Shown here one piece after another: positions 57,463 through 64,000 of a DNA stretch of 64,000 bases. The stretch covers positions 3,808,001-3,872,000 of the forward strand of contig CBDCOH010000002.1 in NCBI GenBank assembly GCA_965219685.1, in the 5' to 3' direction. A model generated the notes under the pieces. The model was not told the origin of the DNA. It saw nothing but the letters and a program-made list of their open reading frames with translations, and did not search any database. The position numbers and the translations under genes are program-made. Position 1 is the stretch's first letter. Each line of letters opens with the position of its first letter. Origin of the DNA: Candidatus Spongiisociaceae bacterium (GTDB lineage: Bacteria > Actinomycetota > Acidimicrobiia > Spongiisociales > Spongiisociaceae).

Positions 57463-58346
57463 TAAATACGATACGCCCTCGACGCGTTGCCGGAGAACAG
57501 GGCGGTCTGCTCGGACTCGCTGTAGCCCGAGACCAGTTCTCGGTAGGCGTCGATCAGTTCCTCGTAGGTCGAGTAGTCCTTGTCCACCGGCCAGTTGGTG
57601 CCGAAGAAGCTCTGCTCGACCCCGAACACCTCGAGGCACGACTCCACCCACGGCCGGATGGTGTCCATGGTCCAGCGCCGTCCGGCCATGTGGTCTCCCA
57701 TGCCCAGGCCGGAGATCTTCATGTAGACGTTGTCCATGCCCCTGAACTCGGCGATGCCCTTCTGCCAGTTGTAGAAGTACTCGGCGGTTCTGGCCTGGGG
57801 GAATCCGGCGTGGTCGACCACCAGGATGATGTTGGGAAACTTGGCCGCCATGGCCGCGGCCTTGTGCATGCTCTCCCAGAAGACGTCGAGGTCGTAGACG
57901 AGGTCGTACTTCTCGAGCAGGGCGTAGCCCCGGTGGAAGTCGGGATCGACGAGGTAGTCGCCCTGCGCGAAGTCGCGCAGGCCCCGGAAGTTGGCGTACT
58001 CGACATGGCGCTCGATGGTCGCCTCCACGTCGGGCTGCTGCATGCGGGCGTCGCCGACGATGGCCATCGTGTAGCCGGTGCGGTCGACCATCTCCTGGAG
58101 CCACTTGGTCTCCTCGACAGGGTCGGCGCTCCCGATCGCGGCCTGAACGTGCACCGCCTTCGATACCTCGCAGTTCTCGACCTCGGCCAGGAACTCGTCG
58201 ATGGCGTACTTCCTCATCGACTTGAGGAGGACCGTGTCGCCGAGTTGCGGGTGGATGAAGTCGTCCGCCAGCCACACCCAATCCAGGGTGGGATGGGGCC
58301 GGTCCCAGAAGTGGACATGGGTGTCTACGAAGCTGATATCACTCAC
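57462..58346 (-). CDS. Amidohydrolase_2 family protein (sugar lactonase-like)
   Basis: DTHVHFW, AVHVQA, VDHAG, NVYMKISG and FGTNWPVD; GTG 58346 follows the RBS GGAGG. Confidence 0.87.
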   Translation of the reverse strand: MSDISFVDTHVHFWDRPHPTLDWVWLADDFIHPQLGDTVLLKSMRKYAIDEFLAEVENCEVSKAVHVQAAIGSADPVEETKWLQEMVDRTGYTMAIVGDARMQQPDVEATIERHVEYANFRGLRDFAQGDYLVDPDFHRGYALLEKYDLVYDLDVFWESMHKAAAMAAKFPNIILVVDHAGFPQARTAEYFYNWQKGIAEFRGMDNVYMKISGLGMGDHMAGRRWTMDTIRPWVESCLEVFGVEQSFFGTNWPVDKDYSTYEELIDAYRELVSGYSESEQTALFSGNASRAYRI

Positions 58347-58440
58347 CGGATCCTCCCTGTTGTTACCGGGTTCGGCGTCCGAGACTAGCCGGATCGCCTC
58401 CGTCCGTCCGGGAGAGGCGCATCCGCCAGGTGCTAGTCTG

Positions 58441-58454
58441 TCGAAACGATTCCA
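58441..58454. promoter_or_regulatory. Possible LacI-type operator TCGAAACGATTCCA
   Basis: GAAA-CG-ATTC core in the divergent intergenic region, near a LacI gene. Confidence 0.4.
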
Positions 58455-58519
58455 ACAGACACACATTCGGTCATGCCGGATCACACCTGTGGAACCCCGG
58501 CAACAGGAGGAGGAGGACC

Positions 58520-60598
58520 ATGAGATTTCGGTTGTTGGCGCTGCTAGCGGTATTCGCGCTGGTAGTCGCCGCATGCGGTGGTGACGACGAGGAGGAGGCC
58601 ACCACCACGCAGGCACCGGCTGCTGCTGAGACCACGGCGGCCACTACCGCTGATACGGCTGCGCCCGCTGCTGCGCCGGCTGCGGATCTACCCGAGGTTT
58701 GTCAGGGTTATGACGGTACGGGTATGACGATCGGTTACGGGGATCTGACTGCTGGTATCCCGTTCGTGACCCAGGTGTTGGACAATCTGATGGAGGTTGC
58801 CGAGGCGTGCAACGTGGACGTCTTGTACGCGGATAACAACTTGGACGGTGAGACGGCTCTGGAGAATGCTCGGACGTTCACCCTGGCTGAGGTTGATGGT
58901 GTGATCCAGTTCCAGATCGACGCGTCGATCGAGGGTGCGCTCTGTGACGAGTTGCGGGCGAACGACCCGAATCTCCCGGTGATCGCGATCGATATCGCCC
59001 ATCCGTCTTGTGCTCTGTTCTTCGGGGCTGACAACAGCTACGCAGGTGAGCTGGCCGGCCAGGCGCTGGGTCAGTGGGCTCAGGAGAACTGGGGTTGTGA
59101 GATCGATATGGTCGTGACCATGGAGACCTTCGTGGTCGGCCAGGTGAACATCGATCGGGCCAACGGCATGGTTCGGGGCATCTCCCAGGTGTGTACGGGT
59201 CTCGACTACGGGGACTTCGAGAACTGGTCGCCGGACGCGACGGGGATCGTGACGCGGATCGATGGTGGTGGTACCACCGATGGTGCGTTCCCGAAGGTGT
59301 TGGACACGTTCACCGCTAATCCTGGCAAGCGGATCGCGGTGGTGTCTTTGAACGACGATATGGGTTTGGCGGCTCTGGCGGCGGCCCGTGAGTTGGGTAT
59401 CGAGGACATGGTCGTGTACGCGAGTCAGGGCGCTGACGCGACGATCCATTCCGAGATCCGGAGCAACCCGCAGTACATCGGGTCGACGGGGTACTTCCCC
59501 GAGACCTACGGGAACTATGTGATCCCGGCCATCCTGGCCATGATCGCCGGCGATGACGTACCGGATCCGTTGTACGTGAACCACATCTTCGTGAGCGCGG
59601 ACAACATCGACCAGTTCTACCCGGCCGACGGCACGGCCGCACCTGCCGTATCGGCGATGCCTGACGTGTGTCAGGGTTATGACGGTACGGGTATGACGAT
59701 CGGTTACGGGGATCTGACTGCTGGTATCCCGTTCGTGACCCAGGTGTTGGACAATCTGATGGAGGTTGCCGAGGCGTGCAACGTGGACGTCTTGTACGCG
59801 GATAACAACTTGGACGGTGAGACGGCTCTGGAGAATGCTCGGACGTTCACCCTGGCTGAGGTTGATGGTGTGATCCAGTTCCAGATCGACGCGTCGATCG
59901 AGGGTGCGCTCTGTGACGAGTTGCGGGCGAACGACCCGAATCTCCCGGTGATCGCGATCGATATCGCCCATCCGTCTTGTGCTCTGTTCTTCGGGGCTGA
60001 CAACAGCTACGCAGGTGAGCTGGCCGGCCAGGCGCTGGGTCAGTGGGCTCAGGAGAACTGGGGTTGTGAGATCGATATGGTCGTGACCATGGAGACCTTC
60101 GTGGTCGGCCAGGTGAACATCGATCGGGCCAACGGCATGGTTCGGGGCATCTCCCAGGTGTGTACGGGTCTCGACTACGGGGACTTCGAGAACTGGTCGC
60201 CGGACGCGACGGGGATCGTGACGCGGATCGATGGTGGTGGTACCACCGATGGTGCGTTCCCGAAGGTGTTGGACACGTTCACCGCTAATCCTGGCAAGCG
60301 GATCGCGGTGGTGTCTTTGAACGACGATATGGGTTTGGCGGCTCTGGCGGCGGCCCGTGAGTTGGGTATCGAGGACATGGTCGTGTACGCGAGTCAGGGC
60401 GCTGACGCGACGATCCATTCCGAGATCCGGAGCAACCCGCAGTACATCGGGTCGACGGGGTACTTCCCCGAGACCTACGGGAACTATGTGATCCCGGCCA
60501 TCCTGGCCATGATCGCCGGCGATGACGTACCGGATCCGTTGTACGTGAACCACATCTTCGTGAGCGCGGACAACATCGACCAGTTCTACCCGGGCTGA
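58520..60598 (+). CDS. Sugar ABC transporter substrate-binding lipoprotein with two tandem identical binding modules
   Basis: Lipobox VAA-C, an Ala/Thr linker, then two identical ~308-aa periplasmic-binding-protein type I units. Confidence 0.88.
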   Translation: MRFRLLALLAVFALVVAACGGDDEEEATTTQAPAAAETTAATTADTAAPAAAPAADLPEVCQGYDGTGMTIGYGDLTAGIPFVTQVLDNLMEVAEACNVDVLYADNNLDGETALENARTFTLAEVDGVIQFQIDASIEGALCDELRANDPNLPVIAIDIAHPSCALFFGADNSYAGELAGQALGQWAQENWGCEIDMVVTMETFVVGQVNIDRANGMVRGISQVCTGLDYGDFENWSPDATGIVTRIDGGGTTDGAFPKVLDTFTANPGKRIAVVSLNDDMGLAALAAARELGIEDMVVYASQGADATIHSEIRSNPQYIGSTGYFPETYGNYVIPAILAMIAGDDVPDPLYVNHIFVSADNIDQFYPADGTAAPAVSAMPDVCQGYDGTGMTIGYGDLTAGIPFVTQVLDNLMEVAEACNVDVLYADNNLDGETALENARTFTLAEVDGVIQFQIDASIEGALCDELRANDPNLPVIAIDIAHPSCALFFGADNSYAGELAGQALGQWAQENWGCEIDMVVTMETFVVGQVNIDRANGMVRGISQVCTGLDYGDFENWSPDATGIVTRIDGGGTTDGAFPKVLDTFTANPGKRIAVVSLNDDMGLAALAAARELGIEDMVVYASQGADATIHSEIRSNPQYIGSTGYFPETYGNYVIPAILAMIAGDDVPDPLYVNHIFVSADNIDQFYPG
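58700..60593 (+). repeat. Direct repeat of 925 bp (58700-59624 and 59669-60593)
   Basis: Offset 969 bp with a 44-bp unique spacer; no differences found by eye. Confidence 0.92.
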
Positions 60599-60619
60599 GA
60601 ACGCAGGTAATCGGCTAAC

Positions 60620-60652
60620 GGGGCGGCGAAGGGCAACCCTCTTCGCCGCCCC
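60620..60652 (+). terminator. GC-rich hairpin after the SBP gene (attenuator or mRNA stabiliser)
   Basis: GGGGCGGCGAAG...CTTCGCCGCCCC, with no T-tract. Confidence 0.55.
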
Positions 60653-60678
60653 GCATTCCGCAGGAGCGAAGGAGAACA

Positions 60679-61695
60679 ATGGAGGAGACCCCGGTCGGCA
60701 AGGGTGGAGAAGTTTCGCCGGACGCGCCACCGTCGGTAGGTATCGGCAGGCGGGCACGCATCGCCCGCGTGTTCGTGGCGATGCCTCCCGAAGTGGTGCT
60801 GATCGTGGTCCTGGTGATCCTCGGGGTGATCTTCTGGCAGGGCAGCGAGTTCTTCCTGACCACCCGAAACATGCGCAACGTCCTGCTGTCGGTCTCGGTG
60901 CTGGGCATTCTCGCCGCACCGGGCACCCTGCTCCTCATATCGGGCAACTTCGACCTGTCGGTGGCATCGGCAGCTGCTTTATGTGGCTGCATAGCCGGAG
61001 TCGTCGCCGAGGAGAACAGCGCCGCGATGGCGATCCTCGCCGCGATCGGCGTCGGCCTGCTGGCCGGGATCTTCAACGGGGTGCTTTCCGCCTATGCCGG
61101 GATTGCCTCGATCGTGGTCACGCTCGGTACCTGGTTGGGATACCGTGGCCTGGCGCGCCTGTTCTCCAACGGCCAGACGATCCGTATGAACGGCAAGGTC
61201 GAGTTCATCACCAACGACATTCTCGGTGTCCCGGCGCAGATAGTGATCTTCGTGCTGATCACCGTGCTGGCGTGGTTCGTGGTCCGCTATACGCGCTTCG
61301 GTCGATCCGTGTACGCCATAGGCAGCAACCCGACGGCGGCGCGGCTGTCGGGGATCCGGCAGAAGCCGACGGTCTTCGTGATGTTCATCGTCAGCGGTTT
61401 GCTGGCTGGCCTCGCCGGGCTGATACTCGCCTCGCAACTGGACGCGGCTTCCGGGAACGCCGCCACCGGAGTGGAGTTGGAAGTGGTGGCCGCCATCATC
61501 CTGGGTGGCGCCAGTCTATCGGGTGGCCGGGGCACCATTCCGGGAACGGTGCTAGGGGTATTCATCCTGGGCATCATGCAGAACGGCCTCACCCTGCTGA
61601 GCATCTCGTCGTTCTGGCAGGACGTGGCGACCGGCGTGGTCCTGGTGGCGGCGGTCGGGCTGGACCAGGTGAGGCTGCGCCTGAGCGGATCATGA
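60679..61695 (+). CDS. Sugar ABC transporter permease (RbsC-like)
   Basis: GNFDLSV, TRFGRSVYAIGSNPTAARLSGI, and AAIILGGASLSGGRG. Confidence 0.93.
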   Translation: MEETPVGKGGEVSPDAPPSVGIGRRARIARVFVAMPPEVVLIVVLVILGVIFWQGSEFFLTTRNMRNVLLSVSVLGILAAPGTLLLISGNFDLSVASAAALCGCIAGVVAEENSAAMAILAAIGVGLLAGIFNGVLSAYAGIASIVVTLGTWLGYRGLARLFSNGQTIRMNGKVEFITNDILGVPAQIVIFVLITVLAWFVVRYTRFGRSVYAIGSNPTAARLSGIRQKPTVFVMFIVSGLLAGLAGLILASQLDAASGNAATGVELEVVAAIILGGASLSGGRGTIPGTVLGVFILGIMQNGLTLLSISSFWQDVATGVVLVAAVGLDQVRLRLSGS

Positions 61696-63242
61696 CGCTG
61701 GAAAACGGAGCGGTTTCCGAGAAGCTGGAGTTGCGGGCAACCGGGCTCCGGAAGAGCTTCGGCGGTGTCGAGGTTCTCCACGGTGTGGATATCGCGGTCA
61801 AGGGAGGTGAGGTCCTCGCCCTCTTGGGAGAGAACGGGGCGGGTAAGTCCACCGCCATCAAGATCCTGGCCGGTGACTACAAGCGCGATGCCGGTGTCAT
61901 TGTCATCGACGGCGAAGAGGCTGAGATTCGGAACCCGCGCGACGCCGGCGCCTACGGCCTCAGGGTGATCTACCAGGAGTTCTCCGACGCCCCCGATCTG
62001 AGCGTGGCGGAGAACCTGTCATTGGGAAGTCTGCCCCGCAATCGCTTCGGTCTGGTCGACTGGGCGCAGGTCCGGCGCGATGCCAAGGAGATCCTCGAAA
62101 AGCTCGGAATCGAGTTGCCCATCCGGGCTCTGGTGGGAACCCTCGGCGTGGCCGAGCGGCAGGTCCTGGAAATCGCCCGGGCATTGGCCAGAAGCGCCCG
62201 CCTGCTGATCCTGGACGAGCCCACCTCGGCGCTGACCCTTGAGGAGACCGATGCCCTCTTCGCCTTCATCGAGCGTCTGAAGGCCCAGGGCGTGGCCATC
62301 ATCTACATCACCCACCGCCTCGACGAGGTCGAGCGGATAGCGGACAACGTGCTGGTCTTCCGGGACGGCGACGCGGTCGCCGAGGGACCGGTGGGCGAGT
62401 TCGGCCGCAAGGAGATGGTCGAGGCAATGGTCGGCCACGAATTGGTGGAGGAGGTCGCCTCCCTGCGCGGGGAGGGCCACGAGATCGGTGAACCGGTCCT
62501 GACCATCGAAGGAGCCACCGGGGACGGGGTCTTCAGAGATGTGGACCTTGAGGTGCGGGAAGGCGAGATACTCTCGCTCTTCGGGAGGATCGGCTGCGGA
62601 GCGCTCGAACTTGCCGAGGCGGTCTTCGGGCTCCGGGAGATGACCGCCGGTTCGATGCGCGTCGGCGAGGTCGGCGGCCAGCCCACCTCGCCGAAGGACG
62701 CCATCGGCCGCTTCGGGATCGGCTTCGTGCCCATCGACCGCAAGATCGACGGGTTGCTCACCGTGCTGAACGTGGCCGAGAACCTGAGCGTGGCATCGTG
62801 GCCGTGGATGACGAGAGTCGGTCTGCTTCCCCCCAAGGCTACGGCCAGAGTCTTCGACCGGTGGTACGACACGCTGGACATCCGGGGCAAGGGAGGCGCC
62901 ACCCAGATCGTCGACACCCTCTCGGGCGGGAACCAGCAGAAGGTCGTGCTCGGCCGGTGGCTGGAGCGGCAGTCGAAGTTGCTGGTCCTCGCCGAACCGA
63001 CCCGAGGCGTCGACGTCGGTGCCCGGGCGCAGATCTACCACGTGCTCCGGCGTTTCGCCGACGAGGGGATCGCGGTGCTCATCGTCACGTCGGACATCGA
63101 GGAGGTCGTCCGGATCTCCGACACCATCGTGGTCATGTCACGGGGCCGGGTGGTCGCTCGCCACCGGGCAAGCGAAGTCGACCGGGCCCAACTCATCCGC
63201 CAAGCCGCTGAGGACACTGTGGAGGCTGCTGCGGCCGGGTAA
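61692..63242 (+). CDS. Sugar ABC transporter ATP-binding protein (RbsA-like)
   Basis: GENGAGKS, LILDEPT, LSGGNQQK and EPTRGVDVGA. Confidence 0.94.
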   Translation: MTLENGAVSEKLELRATGLRKSFGGVEVLHGVDIAVKGGEVLALLGENGAGKSTAIKILAGDYKRDAGVIVIDGEEAEIRNPRDAGAYGLRVIYQEFSDAPDLSVAENLSLGSLPRNRFGLVDWAQVRRDAKEILEKLGIELPIRALVGTLGVAERQVLEIARALARSARLLILDEPTSALTLEETDALFAFIERLKAQGVAIIYITHRLDEVERIADNVLVFRDGDAVAEGPVGEFGRKEMVEAMVGHELVEEVASLRGEGHEIGEPVLTIEGATGDGVFRDVDLEVREGEILSLFGRIGCGALELAEAVFGLREMTAGSMRVGEVGGQPTSPKDAIGRFGIGFVPIDRKIDGLLTVLNVAENLSVASWPWMTRVGLLPPKATARVFDRWYDTLDIRGKGGATQIVDTLSGGNQQKVVLGRWLERQSKLLVLAEPTRGVDVGARAQIYHVLRRFADEGIAVLIVTSDIEEVVRISDTIVVMSRGRVVARHRASEVDRAQLIRQAAEDTVEAAAAG

Positions 63243-63371
63243 CCGGTGCCTCCCTCCGCAGATGGTTCACCGTCCCACTTGAGGACGTAGCTACACGCTA
63301 CGCTCGCGGACGGATCAGCGGGCCTGTGGACGACCCGTTCGCCAAGTCGTATCCGGCGGCAGCGGACTCCG

Positions 63372-63875
63372 GTGTCAGGGAGGGGTGAGGTGGCAAGGCT
63401 TGTACCGCATGACATTGAGGTGCCGTACGGAGTCGAGACCGATCGTTTCAGGATCCGGCCGATAACGATCCACGACACCGTAATGGACTATGACGCGGTG
63501 ATGACCAGTGTCGATCACCTCAGGGGGTGCCTCTTCGACTCTCCCGGTTGGCCGAGCCCCGACCTTACGCTGACGCAGAACATGATCGATCTGGCATGGC
63601 ACCAGAAGGAGGGCCAACTCCGTCGATCGTTCGCCTTCGCGGTGACGAGTCTCGACGAGAGCGTGCAACTCGGTTGTCTCTACATCGACCCACCATCAAA
63701 GGAGGGGATCGACGCGGAGGTGTCGATGTGGGTCAGAGCGAGCGAGGCGGACACCGGTCTCGATGCGGAACTCTACGAGACGGTTCGCCGCTGGGTTGAC
63801 GACGAGTGGCCGTTCGACCGGGTGGCCTATCCGGGCCGGGAGTACACCCGGGAGGAGTGGGACGCTCTTCCCTGA
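63372..63875 (+). CDS. GNAT/RimJ-like N-acetyltransferase family protein
   Basis: DYDAVMTS, DLAWHQKE...RSFAFAV, LGCLYIDP and WPFDRVAYPGR; the start may be 63390. Confidence 0.75.
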   Translation: MSGRGEVARLVPHDIEVPYGVETDRFRIRPITIHDTVMDYDAVMTSVDHLRGCLFDSPGWPSPDLTLTQNMIDLAWHQKEGQLRRSFAFAVTSLDESVQLGCLYIDPPSKEGIDAEVSMWVRASEADTGLDAELYETVRRWVDDEWPFDRVAYPGREYTREEWDALP

Positions 63876-64000
63876 CCCGCTCTGACCGTACCGATCGCTC
63901 CGAGGATCAACTCGCCGAACCGTATCATCACCCTCGAGGGTCATGCCGTTGTCGCGGCGACATTCCGATTGAGGGAGAGACAGGTGACTGAGGTAGTTGG

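Overview
High-GC actinobacterial DNA; gene content suggests Acidimicrobiia (inference only). 1-12.5 kb is mostly housekeeping: pepP, a cis-prenyltransferase, pyrE, nfo, clpB with a HAIR-like operator, panB and add. 13-26 kb holds accessory catabolic and transport genes plus a PIN toxin-antitoxin pair. 26.6-44.1 kb is an aromatic-catabolism island. It combines a meta-cleavage operon and two catechol 2,3-dioxygenases with a two-subunit phenylphosphate-synthase-like (CreHI/PpsAB-like) kinase, a histidine phosphatase, a Rieske oxygenase and a Zn-ribbon protein. Three copies of one IclR-type palindrome link its transcription units. This suggests an aerobic phosphorylate-oxygenate-dephosphorylate route for phenolics. 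A frameshifted NYN RNase gene with a structured leader interrupts the island. Next come ISL3 and restriction-enzyme remnants, an incomplete 2-oxoacid dehydrogenase, a type II Wadjet operon in the order jetC-A-B-D behind a PafBC-like promoter, and a LacI sugar ABC locus whose binding protein has an apparently exact 925-bp internal duplication. Non-coding highlights are two diverged copies of a promoter + ~160-nt structured RNA + terminator unit (2263-2485 +, 12724-12947 -) and about ten heptamer tandem arrays, most starting at or just after stop codons. All calls come from reading the sequence; no database searches were run.
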